61,498 bases of DNA, from positions 1 through 61,498 of the forward strand of contig CAYHXI010000001.1 in the NCBI GenBank assembly GCA_964360565.1, written 5' to 3'. Positions 15,111 to 25,186 of the stretch are shown here, in pieces. This DNA comes from an uncultured Methanosarcinales archaeon. Its GTDB lineage: Archaea > Nanobdellota > Nanobdellia > Woesearchaeales > ARS49. Positions within the stretch are counted from its first letter, which is position 1; each line of letters opens with the position of its first letter. The notes beneath the pieces were generated by a model that saw only the letters and a program-made list of their open reading frames with translations, was not told the DNA's origin and searched no databases. The translations under genes and the position numbers were made by a program.

Positions 15111-16475
15111 TCAGCCTAAATGAAATATTTTTAATAAATAATGTACTGCAATCCAAGGAGTTTTTCCCATCGCTAAAGCTGAAAAAAGTGCGGCTTGAAC
15201 ATTTACGAATGCGCTTAAATAAATTAACAAATTGAAAGCGTTTTTTGCCAGAAGATTTTTTGTACTATTGTACCAGAACTGAAGAGGAATTATTAAAGTG
15301 AATATTATCGGGAGAATATATCTGTTCGAGTAGCTCCCACCTTCCCAACTAAACGAAGCCATTAATAAATAAAACGGCAGAGTGATTCCTAAAATCAAAA
15401 ATAGTTCTTTTTTGTGTGCTTTAAAGAATCCTTTAAATCCAAATATGCAGAATATTAAAATGGGGGAAAAGAACAAAAGTCCATAACTTGGTGAGAATAA
15501 AATGCCAAATAATCCTTCTAGGGTGTTAACAATAGCATCAGTTCTTCCAGTTTCAAAAATATTTCCAAAAAGAGTATAATTGTATGCCATTTGAGCAAAT
15601 ATAAATAAACAATAACCTGAGCTGAATTTTAATAAACTGGATATTTTTCTTTTTTTATAAAATAGGATGTAGGCTGCAAAAGGCACTGAAAATATTAAAA
15701 AAGGATATTTAATTACGAACATGAGTCCACCAATAAAACCAGCAAGAAGTGTGTTTTTTCTTACTACAACAAAATAAAACATCATGGTTAGAAGTGCAGT
15801 TGCATATGGCTCAGTATAAATTGTTTTAGAATAAAACCAGAGAGGAGTTGCAAAAGCATATAAAAACGTGAAAAAGAGGCTTCTTTTTTTGTTTTCAGAA
15901 AAGTGCAGTAAAGTTTTGTAGAAAAAAGACAATCCTAAAACACTCAACAACATGGTTGTTAATATTATTGTGAATTCAACGTACTGAGTGTTTCTTAAAG
16001 GAAATAAGAATAATCCAAACAGAACTGGAAGCCCTGGAGGAATAGTTGTTATAAATGACATGTTCTTTTCATTTAATTTAATGAACTCGAGGAATTCTGG
16101 TTTAATGCGTGTGGTTAAAGGATCTCTTATCTGTCTATCTAAAATGGTCTTATTAAGCACATAACGATTTCTTCTTTCATTTAAAGCGCCATTAAGATTA
16201 TTTCTGAAATTAACGCCTCCCTCTAAAGATTGATTTATTGCGACAGAATCATAATTGTTTTTTACATCGAAATCAAAGTCTTTCATAAAACTGTTAATTG
16301 CAATTAGATAGTGAGGTTCGTCCCCTGTTAACGCTCTCGGTAAATGTAAACCGACAGAGTCTATTCTCAGTTCCGAATTGAAATTAAATTGTATAAGTGA
16401 AGATAAAAAATAAATTATGAAAATTAAAGCAAAAACTTTTCTCTCAGTATTGAAAAAATTGTTATTCATTGTCAT
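15111..16475 (-). CDS. polytopic membrane protein, putative GT-C-fold glycosyltransferase
   Basis: Many hydrophobic segments; acidic GDEPHY motif in the first loop after TM1. Confidence 0.55.
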   Translation of the reverse strand: MTMNNNFFNTERKVFALIFIIYFLSSLIQFNFNSELRIDSVGLHLPRALTGDEPHYLIAINSFMKDFDFDVKNNYDSVAINQSLEGGVNFRNNLNGALNERRNRYVLNKTILDRQIRDPLTTRIKPEFLEFIKLNEKNMSFITTIPPGLPVLFGLFLFPLRNTQYVEFTIILTTMLLSVLGLSFFYKTLLHFSENKKRSLFFTFLYAFATPLWFYSKTIYTEPYATALLTMMFYFVVVRKNTLLAGFIGGLMFVIKYPFLIFSVPFAAYILFYKKRKISSLLKFSSGYCLFIFAQMAYNYTLFGNIFETGRTDAIVNTLEGLFGILFSPSYGLLFFSPILIFCIFGFKGFFKAHKKELFLILGITLPFYLLMASFSWEGGSYSNRYILPIIFTLIIPLQFWYNSTKNLLAKNAFNLLIYLSAFVNVQAALFSALAMGKTPWIAVHYLLKIFHLG

Positions 16476-16747
16476 TCTACCACTGCAGTTAAATTATTCT
16501 CAATCAAATAATCACTCAATACATTGACGCACTTTCTAGAATAATTGAGCTGTTTGCAAATAAGAGATATTCCACAATCATTGATGCAATTACAGTCTTT
16601 TCCAAAAATTATGCTGAATGGTTTTGCACAATTATTATTAAACGCAACATCTTTTTTAAGAGATGAAACTGAAACTAAAAAAATAATTGAAAGTATAAAC
16701 AAAGCTAAAATACTAAAATTCAAAACTGTGCTAAATTCAAATTCCAT
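16472..16747 (-). CDS. small membrane-anchored cysteine-rich protein
   Basis: 91 aa with an N-terminal TM segment, then 6 Cys within ~40 residues (CAKPF..CNCINDCGISLIC..KC). 4-nt overlap with the downstream GT-C-like gene. Confidence 0.5.
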   Translation of the reverse strand: MEFEFSTVLNFSILALFILSIIFLVSVSSLKKDVAFNNNCAKPFSIIFGKDCNCINDCGISLICKQLNYSRKCVNVLSDYLIENNLTAVVE

Positions 16748-16847
16748 AGCTTAAACCCCTTGTAATCAAACTTTGTATGATTTTGTTTTGTATATTTTTA
16801 TTTTGAACCATTAAGTATATAAATGCTACTACTGTAGAAAAATTAAT

Positions 16848-17561
16848 ATGCTATCTATAATAATTCCAGTTTACAATGAGGAGCGTACTATTTTTGAGCT
16901 TTTAAATAAGGTGGAAAGTGTAGACTTGGCTGATATTAAAAAGCAAATAATTGTCGTAGATGATGGAAGTAAAGATAAAACATTTGAAGAGATACAACTA
17001 TTTTCACAACAAGCTAGAAAAAAATACAGTGAATTAATAATTTTAAAACACGAACAGAATCAAGGAAAAGGAAGTGCAATTAGAACTGGGTTGGAAAAAG
17101 TAACTGGAGAAATCGTGTTAATACAAGATGCAGATTTAGAATTAGACCCGAATGAATATTATTCTTTGATAGCACCAATCTTAAATAATTCTGCAGAGGT
17201 AGTGTACGGTTCAAGAATATTGAAAAAAGAGAATAGAACACGAGAAGGTGTTTCTCCATGGTTTTATGCAGGGGGAACTATGTTGACTCGATTTGCTAAC
17301 TTATTGTATGGGATAAATATCACTGACGAAGCAACATGCTATAAAGTTTTCAAAACGAATGTGATTAAATCTCTCGATTTAAAGTGCAAAAGATTCGAGT
17401 TCTGCCCTGAAGTTACTGCTAAATTAGCAAGAAGAAATATAAAAATACATGAAGTGCCAATAAGTTATTATCCGAGAAGCACTAAAGAAGGGAAAAAAGT
17501 TAGATTCAGAGATGGATTGATTGCTGCATGGACTTTAATAAAATATAAACTGATTGATTAA
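16848..17561 (+). CDS. GT2 glycosyltransferase, dolichyl/polyprenyl-phosphate sugar synthase-like
   Basis: SIIIPVYNE, VVDDGSKD, LIQDADLE and EVPISY motifs. Close paralog of 58435-59142. TATATAAA box at 16816-16823 lies 24 nt before the ATG. Confidence 0.85.
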   Translation: MLSIIIPVYNEERTIFELLNKVESVDLADIKKQIIVVDDGSKDKTFEEIQLFSQQARKKYSELIILKHEQNQGKGSAIRTGLEKVTGEIVLIQDADLELDPNEYYSLIAPILNNSAEVVYGSRILKKENRTREGVSPWFYAGGTMLTRFANLLYGINITDEATCYKVFKTNVIKSLDLKCKRFEFCPEVTAKLARRNIKIHEVPISYYPRSTKEGKKVRFRDGLIAAWTLIKYKLID

Positions 17562-18915
17562 TATGAATTTGAAAAAGATATTGTTGGCATTTTTAATTGT
17601 TCTAATTCCAATAACTGGAGAATTAAAGATTAACCTGGGTGTTAGAATTGATTTTGTGCTGGCGTTACTTGGTGCGGTGTTATTTCTGTTTTTGTTTGTG
17701 AAAAAATTAATTCGTGGAGAAAAATTATTCGAAGCTAATTATGATTATTTGTTATTTATTTTTTTAGTGGTTGCAACATTTTCTTCTATAATGTCATATT
17801 ATTTAAAACCAGAAATAATTCTTCACGAAACTTGGCTTAACTTTCCATTTTTTAGAAGTCTATCTAGACTTGCTTTGCTTTTTTCTTTCTTTTTCTTTTT
17901 TTTGTTCTTGAAAGAGTTAATAAAAGAAAAAAAAGAATATTTGTTTGCATTAAAAACTCATTTCACAGTATCTACAATAGTTTGCATATTAGGTTTAATC
18001 AGCTGGATTCTAGCATACATATATTCCATTTTCAATTTTTCAATAAGCAATTCAATACTGGAGAATTTTATTTTAATAGATCATTCTGTTTATACTGTGA
18101 GAATAACCTCTATTATGGCTGAACCTTTGATTTTAGGTTTGTATCTTATGACTTCTTGGCCAATACTAATTTCTTTATTAAATTCAAAGACTGAAGAATT
18201 TGATAAGAAACAATTAAAATTCATGATTCTAATTCAAACATTTACTCTGATTCTTACTTTTTCAAGAAGTGCATGGTTAGCAATATTGATTATTTCTTTA
18301 ATTGTATTATTTAGGGCTATTAAAAAAATAAATGTAAACCTTTTGAAGATTGGATTGATATTTACTCTATTTTTTCTACTACTAGCAAGCCCAATAATAA
18401 AAACACATGTATTTGATTCTTTTGACTACTCAACAGATAAATCATGGTCAACTAAAGCTAGACTCTATACAATTAAATATGCTTTAGAAGCGTTTAGACA
18501 GCATCCAATCTTCGGAATAGGTTATGAGAATTATCCTTTCTACGCTTCTAAAAAATATCATCCTTGGATAACTGGAAAAGAAACATATGTAGATTTTCCT
18601 GAAGTTAATAATTATCCTATTAGATTACTGGCTGAATTTGGAATTGTTGGATTTTTGATAGTTTTTTCAATCTACTTGACAATAATGCGTCTGTTGATAA
18701 GGGTGGTTAAATTTTCAAAAGACAATTTAATCAGTTCAATCTCTTTAGGTATTTTATTAGGATATCTTGGTTTATCCATACAATCTCTTTTTTATTCAAC
18801 AATAACTTATGCATTTATTTGGTTTTTTGCAGCTTTAATATTTGGTTTGTTCGATTTGACAAGTTTTAAAAACTCTGAGGGGGTCAGTGTTAAGAATGGA
18901 GAATCAACAAAGTGA
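17554..18915 (+). CDS. O-antigen ligase/polymerase-like (Wzy_C/RfaL-type) polytopic membrane protein
   Basis: Polytopic; FSRSAWLAILIISL segment followed by a large loop, as in the O-antigen ligase domain. Confidence 0.6.
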   Translation: MINMNLKKILLAFLIVLIPITGELKINLGVRIDFVLALLGAVLFLFLFVKKLIRGEKLFEANYDYLLFIFLVVATFSSIMSYYLKPEIILHETWLNFPFFRSLSRLALLFSFFFFFLFLKELIKEKKEYLFALKTHFTVSTIVCILGLISWILAYIYSIFNFSISNSILENFILIDHSVYTVRITSIMAEPLILGLYLMTSWPILISLLNSKTEEFDKKQLKFMILIQTFTLILTFSRSAWLAILIISLIVLFRAIKKINVNLLKIGLIFTLFFLLLASPIIKTHVFDSFDYSTDKSWSTKARLYTIKYALEAFRQHPIFGIGYENYPFYASKKYHPWITGKETYVDFPEVNNYPIRLLAEFGIVGFLIVFSIYLTIMRLLIRVVKFSKDNLISSISLGILLGYLGLSIQSLFYSTITYAFIWFFAALIFGLFDLTSFKNSEGVSVKNGESTK

Positions 18916-19066
18916 AAAATCGTTATGGCTTATTTTGGTGATTTTTTCAACAGTATTGTTTTTAGGTATTTTATTATTCAAAGGTTCAGTTCAAGCACTC
19001 ACGAGTTTAGAGTTCATAACAATATTTTTTGTTTTAATGCTATCTTTGAAAACACTATGCGAATGA
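18896..19066 (+). CDS. unlisted 56-aa two-TM membrane peptide
   Basis: My own translation gives MENQQSEKSLWLILVIFSTVLFLGILLFKGSVQALTSLEFITIFFVLMLSLKTLCE. Its TGA overlaps the next ATG (ATGA at 19063-19066). It looks more protein-like than the same region read in the track frame. Confidence 0.35.
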   Translation: MENQQSEKSLWLILVIFSTVLFLGILLFKGSVQALTSLEFITIFFVLMLSLKTLCE

Positions 19067-19389
19067 AATTAATCAATGTGATAAATTATTTTTTAGTTGT
19101 ATTGATTGCTGTAGATTTTATATTTTCAACATTTTTTTTATTATCAATCACTCCCAAATTTAAATACGCTGCATTATTGCTGTGTTATTGCCTACTTTTG
19201 TTCTTGATTTTCAGAGAGAAAAATAGAAATTCTGCGGGATTGCTGTGTTTTTCAGTCAAATATTTATTGATAATCTGGGCGCAGATGTATGGTGCGCAGG
19301 TATTAACTCAAAGTATAACTCCATTGTTGAAATCTGTGAGTGCAATAATAATGTTTATGTTTATTTTTAAAATGAGGATTGGCAAATGA
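19063..19389 (+). CDS. small polytopic membrane protein (108 aa)
   Basis: Track ORF 18925-19389 trimmed to the ATG at 19063, because the upstream part is low-complexity and another frame codes better there. Confidence 0.45.
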   Translation: MKLINVINYFLVVLIAVDFIFSTFFLLSITPKFKYAALLLCYCLLLFLIFREKNRNSAGLLCFSVKYLLIIWAQMYGAQVLTQSITPLLKSVSAIIMFMFIFKMRIGK

Positions 19390-20282
19390 AACAGAATCTA
19401 ATTTTATTGGTCATTTACTTGATGCTTTCAATAGGATTTGTTCAGATTCAAAATAATAATGAATACTTAGTGGGATATCATAAAAATGTAATAGAAAACA
19501 CTAAAGAGCAGTATGGGTCGAGAGTTTTGATTCCATTTGTTTTTGAATATGCAGAAAAACTATCTCAAAAAGTTTATCCTTTGGGTAGAGAAATGGTCAT
19601 TATCTTTTTATATAAAACTAGCTTTGCCATTCTGACTGCAATTACAATTTTGTTGTTTCAGCAGTATCTTCAGAATTGGTTTACAAAAGAAACTGCAATA
19701 ATTGCAAGCTTGATTCTCTTAGCGTCATTTCCTTTTGCGTTTTATAATGGCGGAGGAGTTGATTCTGTACTTAATCTTGCAGTTTTTGTAATTTGTGCAG
19801 ATGCTATTGTGAAAAAAAGATTTTGGATGTTATACTGGATAATTCCCTTTGCAGCACTAAATAGAGAAACGGTCTTGTTTATTCCATTTATGTATTTTCT
19901 TTCAGAATATTCTTTTGATAACAAATTCAAGATATTTAGAAATACTGTATTGCTTGGTTTTTTGGCAGTTATTCCTCAGCTGTTGATAAAATTGGTGAGA
20001 GGTCTTCTGACAAAAACAACATATTCTGATAGATTTGTATGGAATTTTGCATGTCACCAATGCTATGTTTCTATCTTTTTACTCTTTAACATTTTTTGGA
20101 TATTTGCATTCTGGAATTGGGCCAATAAACCGCATACAATAAAAAGATGGCTGATTTTAGTTCCCTTTTTTATTTTAGCCCATTATCATTTTGGATTTGT
20201 TCACGAACTTAGAATGTTTCTGCCACTTGCAGTGATAATTATTCCTTCTGCGGTGTTTGAAATGCAGAAAGCATTGAGTTAG
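19386..20282 (+). CDS. polytopic membrane protein, unknown (possible polymerase-type)
   Basis: 298 aa with multiple TM segments; ATGA overlap with the upstream ORF. Confidence 0.55.
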   Translation: MKQNLILLVIYLMLSIGFVQIQNNNEYLVGYHKNVIENTKEQYGSRVLIPFVFEYAEKLSQKVYPLGREMVIIFLYKTSFAILTAITILLFQQYLQNWFTKETAIIASLILLASFPFAFYNGGGVDSVLNLAVFVICADAIVKKRFWMLYWIIPFAALNRETVLFIPFMYFLSEYSFDNKFKIFRNTVLLGFLAVIPQLLIKLVRGLLTKTTYSDRFVWNFACHQCYVSIFLLFNIFWIFAFWNWANKPHTIKRWLILVPFFILAHYHFGFVHELRMFLPLAVIIIPSAVFEMQKALS

Positions 20283-20317
20283 GATCTTTTATGGATGCAA
20301 TGAATTCGTTTTCTTTC

Positions 20318-21991
20318 TCAAGTTGGTATATTTACTAAGCAAAAATAACACTCTACTTTTAAATCATTTATGTTTGAGTATGTACTGTCGAATAAGTTAT
20401 CGTACTCGTCTACAGAAATATTTTGAACAGTTTGATTAGATTTTTTTGAGTATATGATTAATTTTATTACTTTGTTCTGTGTGATTTGTAGTGTTCTGTT
20501 GAAGCTTTTTTCAATATCTTTGAATGCACTAACATCTTGTTCTCTAATTACAACTAAATCTAAATTATCTTTTACTGTGTCAAAGAATTTTTTCTTTTGT
20601 TCATTTGTGCCGCTGTTAATGCTGTAAAATGAGATTCCATCATCAACTGGGTTTTTTCCAAAGTAGTATTTTGCTACTGGAGTTCCTATTGTGGTGAAAA
20701 TCTTGGTTGAATTATCTGTGTTTCTTCTAATCCAATATCCTGCACTCTTTATACCCCAATTATCTTTAACGTAGTCGCCATAGAAATAATCATTGCCAAA
20801 TACGCCTTTGTCATAATATATTGGGGCTAATGGTTTAAATGAGTTTAATTCATAGGTAGTGTAGACTGTGTGATTTAGCGTTGACAAAAAGAGTATTGCG
20901 ATTATTGCATATTTTATGAATTTAAAACGAATTCTCAATAACATGTCTGCAGTTAATATTATTAATGGAATTATTCCTGGAAGAAGATATGCTCTACTGT
21001 TAGTTCCTGAAGATATTACAAAAAACCAAGGAAGAATATATGAACAGAACCAAATTGTGAGAAATAGTCGATTTTTCTCCTTCTTTGAGAATATTGTTTG
21101 AAAAATTGAGAAAATAAACAGCAAAAAAAGGATAATTCCAACAGAGTATATTAGATAAAGAACTATTTCGCTGTGAAATCCAATTATTTTCGATTTTGCA
21201 AAGTTGTGCGCGATTATGCCTCCATCAATTTTACCTTTTATAAAATAAAAATAGAGAAAAGGAAGTAAAGCAGGTAAATATGTTATCAGAACTAATGAGA
21301 TAAATTTTAAATTTATTTTTGAAAAGAATCTTTTGATATTTTCTGAAGCAAAAAAAGAATTGGCGTGCTTATCATACTCATACCAATAAATTAAAAACAA
21401 AATAACTGGAAAAATAGATATGAATTGATTATCTGAAGATAAATAAATACCTAAGGATATTGGTGCCAAATATTTATATTTTTCATATTTAAGGTATTTT
21501 ATGAATAAAAATATGAAAAGTATCAGAAAAAATGTTGAAGTATTGGCAGCATTGTAAATAGTTCTTGACAAAGATACTGCAAGAGGAGTTATAGAAAATA
21601 TCAGCGAGGAAAGTATTGCAACACGATGATTGAATAGTTCTTTAGTTAGCAAATATATCAAAACACAAGTTAATATTCCGATAATTATTTGTGGAAAAAT
21701 TATCACAAACTCAGTGATTGGAACGTGAAATATGCTTGCAATAAAAATGGATAGTGCTGTTACCAGTAGTCTAACATATCCCCAGCCAAAACTTAAAAAT
21801 CTCAAAGCGGTTGTTTCTATTGAATGAGGGGATGCCTCGATATTGAATACATCTAGTGAAGCTAGTGCAACATAAGCATCATCTCCGCTTATAAATCCAG
21901 TTTCAGGATTAAATCTATAAATTCTCACAAATAAAGAAAGTAAAATTAGTATACCTATGAACAATCTTCTTGAATTAATTGAAGAAATCAT
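20318..21991 (-). CDS. GT-C-fold membrane glycosyltransferase (ArnT/PMT-like)
   Basis: 557 aa; acidic loop ISGDDAYVALASLD after TM1, more than 10 TM segments and a C-terminal soluble domain. Confidence 0.6.
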   Translation of the reverse strand: MISSINSRRLFIGILILLSLFVRIYRFNPETGFISGDDAYVALASLDVFNIEASPHSIETTALRFLSFGWGYVRLLVTALSIFIASIFHVPITEFVIIFPQIIIGILTCVLIYLLTKELFNHRVAILSSLIFSITPLAVSLSRTIYNAANTSTFFLILFIFLFIKYLKYEKYKYLAPISLGIYLSSDNQFISIFPVILFLIYWYEYDKHANSFFASENIKRFFSKINLKFISLVLITYLPALLPFLYFYFIKGKIDGGIIAHNFAKSKIIGFHSEIVLYLIYSVGIILFLLFIFSIFQTIFSKKEKNRLFLTIWFCSYILPWFFVISSGTNSRAYLLPGIIPLIILTADMLLRIRFKFIKYAIIAILFLSTLNHTVYTTYELNSFKPLAPIYYDKGVFGNDYFYGDYVKDNWGIKSAGYWIRRNTDNSTKIFTTIGTPVAKYYFGKNPVDDGISFYSINSGTNEQKKKFFDTVKDNLDLVVIREQDVSAFKDIEKSFNRTLQITQNKVIKLIIYSKKSNQTVQNISVDEYDNLFDSTYSNINDLKVECYFCLVNIPT

Positions 21992-22008
21992 CTGAAGTTC
22001 GTTGGAAT

Positions 22009-22761
22009 TTATTGAATTCCTCCTTTTGTTTCGAAAAATAATTTTATGAGATAAGTTCCCATGGAATAGCTATCTTTTAGTACTTTAACTGTGCTTTTTC
22101 TTCCAGCCACAAAATTTACTTTCGCAGGAATTTCTTTTATTTTGAAGCCTTGCAGATGTGATTTTATCAATATTTCGGTATCCCAAGACCAACCTTTGCT
22201 TTGTATGTTGGGTAACACTTTATCAATTATTTCTCGGTTAAAACACTTAAATCCGCACTGGTAATCTTTAATATTTATTTCTTTAAATAAAATACTCGCC
22301 AGATAAGAATAGCTTCTGCTTAAAAAACGTCTGGTTTTAGAATATGCAACTTCGGATTCCTTTAAATGTTTGGAGCCTATTACTATGTCGTAGCCTTCAG
22401 AAATGTATTTTTTCATTTCATTAAATAAGGTTATATCTATCGCCAGGTCTGCATCTATATATGCAATAATGTCTCCGTTAGCAGATTTGAACGCTTCTGT
22501 CAAAGCATTTCCTCTGCCCTTGTTAACTGAACTGGTGATTATTTGTATGTTTCTGTATTTTTCTTCATTCTTCTCTTTAAGTTGTTTAACAATTTCCAAA
22601 GAATTATCTTTGGAACCGTCATCAGAAAATATAATCTCAAAATTTTCTCCAAGACTTAAAAAATAATCATGGACTTGATTTATGGTATTTTCAATTATTT
22701 TTGCTTCATTAAATGCAGGGATAACTATAGAATATTCGACTCTGTTTGCCAGATTTATCAT
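22009..22761 (-). CDS. GT2 glycosyltransferase, polyprenyl-phosphate sugar synthase-like
   Basis: SIVIPAFNE, FSDDGSKD and YIDADLA motifs. TTTATAAA box at 22785-22792 lies 23 nt from the start. Confidence 0.8.
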   Translation of the reverse strand: MINLANRVEYSIVIPAFNEAKIIENTINQVHDYFLSLGENFEIIFSDDGSKDNSLEIVKQLKEKNEEKYRNIQIITSSVNKGRGNALTEAFKSANGDIIAYIDADLAIDITLFNEMKKYISEGYDIVIGSKHLKESEVAYSKTRRFLSRSYSYLASILFKEINIKDYQCGFKCFNREIIDKVLPNIQSKGWSWDTEILIKSHLQGFKIKEIPAKVNFVAGRKSTVKVLKDSYSMGTYLIKLFFETKGGIQ

Positions 22762-22826
22762 ATTCTCGCTGAAGAAGGCGTAAATTTATAAATATTGGGA
22801 ATTTTTATGTGATAATCAACAAATAG

Positions 22827-23726
22827 TTACTTTTTGTTCGTTATACTGAATTCAAGTGCCTTTTCTAATTTTGTTTGTTTTATTTTAAAGACAGTATTTA
22901 GTTTTTCAATATTATAAACCCTTGACTTATTCATGTTCTTTAATTGCACAATAATAGTCTCATCAATTAGTTTAATGAGGTTTAAAACATTTAAAAATAA
23001 TAATACTGGTGCTAGCCATATGTGTATGATTGATTTTTTTTGATTTTTTACACTTATACAAATTTTCAGAAATGCATTCATAGAGATGGCTTTATTCCCT
23101 GCCAGATCAAAAGTTCCAATGATATTATTTTGTATGGCTTTATCTAGGTATTTACATACATCTTTTACAAATATGGGTTGTAGTAAGTATTTACCACTGC
23201 CAGGTATTATTAGGATAGGCAGAGTATTAATCATACTATTAATTTTTTCTAGGAATCTCTCATTATTTTTTCCAAAAATAACCGTACATCGAAATATCGT
23301 GTGCGCATATATGGTTCTTACAAATTTCTCTGCATTAATTTTACTTTTGCCATAAAAATTATCATAAGAACAATAAACGTTATCTGTACTCATAAATATG
23401 ATTTTTGGAATATTCAGTAGTTTTGCGAGATAAACCGTGTTTCTTGTTGTTTGAATATTAGTGTGTAGACACAAATTATTTATTTTTGTATCTGCCGCCA
23501 AATGCAAAATGCAATCTATTTTTTCATTTAATTCTTCTGCTAATCTTTTAATAGATTCAATGGAGTCTATATCTGTGCGTATTATTCGAAAGTTTTTCAA
23601 TTTTAATAATTTAGGCTCTATTTTAGATGTCTTTCTAACTAGTAATATAAAATTATATTTATTTGAATACATATCTACGAAACACCTGCCAACGAAACCT
23701 GTGGCGCCTGTTACGATAATTCTCAT
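22827..23726 (-). CDS. NAD(P)-dependent epimerase/dehydratase-family SDR
   Basis: N-terminal Rossmann motif VTGATGFVG and a YxxxK context (FYGKSK). 4-nt overlap with the upstream radical SAM gene. Confidence 0.8.
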   Translation of the reverse strand: MRIIVTGATGFVGRCFVDMYSNKYNFILLVRKTSKIEPKLLKLKNFRIIRTDIDSIESIKRLAEELNEKIDCILHLAADTKINNLCLHTNIQTTRNTVYLAKLLNIPKIIFMSTDNVYCSYDNFYGKSKINAEKFVRTIYAHTIFRCTVIFGKNNERFLEKINSMINTLPILIIPGSGKYLLQPIFVKDVCKYLDKAIQNNIIGTFDLAGNKAISMNAFLKICISVKNQKKSIIHIWLAPVLLFLNVLNLIKLIDETIIVQLKNMNKSRVYNIEKLNTVFKIKQTKLEKALEFSITNKK

Positions 23727-25180
23727 GTTATTTTTTTTAATATTAATTTAAGAAAGTCGAGGAGTTGTCCTCTTTTAAATGCTCTTATAATATATTTTGG
23801 AGATAAATAGAACTTATTAAACGCTTCAGTCACTACTTTTTCTAAATATTCCTGAGTTAATTCATCTGAAATTTGCATTGTGGCAGTGTAGCCTCCAAAT
23901 TGATTATAATTCTCTGATTTTAACCATCCTTTCTCTTTAGCCATGTCGTGTAATTTTGTGCCAGGATATGGAGTTGCTATTTTGTATTCGACTTGACTGG
24001 GAAATAAGTCTCTGCTAAATTCAATAGTTTCTTTTATAGTTTCTCCGTTTGAACCAGGCAAACCTATTATGAAGAAGCAACTAGTTCTTATGCCTGAAAT
24101 TTCACAATAATTCACAATTCTCTTAAGATGATTTAAATCTATTGGCTTTCTATTAATTTGATTCAGAATGTCTTTGTGTATGTCTTCTACCCCGAAGTTT
24201 ATCGCGTGACAACCTGCTTTAGATAAAATATCAATCAATCCTTCAGTCAATAGTTCTGGCCTTGTTTCAATTACAAATTCTATTTTGAGTTGATTTTTAA
24301 TTATCAGATTGCATAATTCTTCTACCCTTTTTTGATTTAAAGAAAAAAGAGGGTCTCTAAAAACAAAACCTTTCACACTATATTTATCAACATCATATTT
24401 TAATTCATTAAATACATTTTCAGCACTTCGTGCACGCCATTTTAATCCTTGATTTTTAGTATACGGACAATATCCGCAATCGTAAGGACAACCTCTGGAA
24501 GATAGTATGCTTACAATTGGTTTAACATTTAACATGGGATAATATGAATATTTTTCGTAGGGAAATAAATCCCATTTAGGAAATGAAACTTTTTCTAGTT
24601 CATCTGCTTCAAGATGACTATTTAAATGATTTATTTTTATCTGGCCTGTATTTTGGTAAACTATTGCATCTATTTTGTCTAAGGGTTCTCCATTACATAT
24701 ACTCACTATGTTTCTTTCTACTTCACCTATTATGCCAATGTCAAAAAACGGCAACAGTTCTTTAGGTCGTTCAGTTATCATATCTCCTACACTTATAATC
24801 AGGCAATCGTTCAAATTATCCTTTATTTTTTTAGCAACCACATCTCTTTCGTATAAAAGACAACTTGAAGAAACTGCCATTATAATTAAATTTGGTTGAA
24901 ATTTATTTATTTCAGAAAGTGTAGCTTGAAGATCAATATTTTCATTTAGACTATCTATAACTTTAATATCAAATAATCCCGTTTTGTATAATATTGTGGC
25001 GCAATTAACTAGTTGTAAAACAGGCAATCTTACTGATGTGTTTTTAGCTTTTCTAATAATTTTCGTTAAAAACTTTTTGCCGAACGTATTATGAACGCCC
25101 ATGCCCCCCATGAGATCACGATTTATATAATCTGCATCAGGACTTGGAGGATTTAATATAATTATCTTTTTTTTATTCAT
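23723..25180 (-). CDS. B12-binding-domain radical SAM enzyme (class B)
   Basis: N-terminal Rossmann-like B12 domain (IIILNPPSP...), CxxxCxxC cluster motif SSRGCPYDCGYCPY, and ETRPELL and ATPYPGTK blocks. Confidence 0.85.
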   Translation of the reverse strand: MNKKKIIILNPPSPDADYINRDLMGGMGVHNTFGKKFLTKIIRKAKNTSVRLPVLQLVNCATILYKTGLFDIKVIDSLNENIDLQATLSEINKFQPNLIIMAVSSSCLLYERDVVAKKIKDNLNDCLIISVGDMITERPKELLPFFDIGIIGEVERNIVSICNGEPLDKIDAIVYQNTGQIKINHLNSHLEADELEKVSFPKWDLFPYEKYSYYPMLNVKPIVSILSSRGCPYDCGYCPYTKNQGLKWRARSAENVFNELKYDVDKYSVKGFVFRDPLFSLNQKRVEELCNLIIKNQLKIEFVIETRPELLTEGLIDILSKAGCHAINFGVEDIHKDILNQINRKPIDLNHLKRIVNYCEISGIRTSCFFIIGLPGSNGETIKETIEFSRDLFPSQVEYKIATPYPGTKLHDMAKEKGWLKSENYNQFGGYTATMQISDELTQEYLEKVVTEAFNKFYLSPKYIIRAFKRGQLLDFLKLILKKIT

Positions 25181-25186
25181 CTGGTT

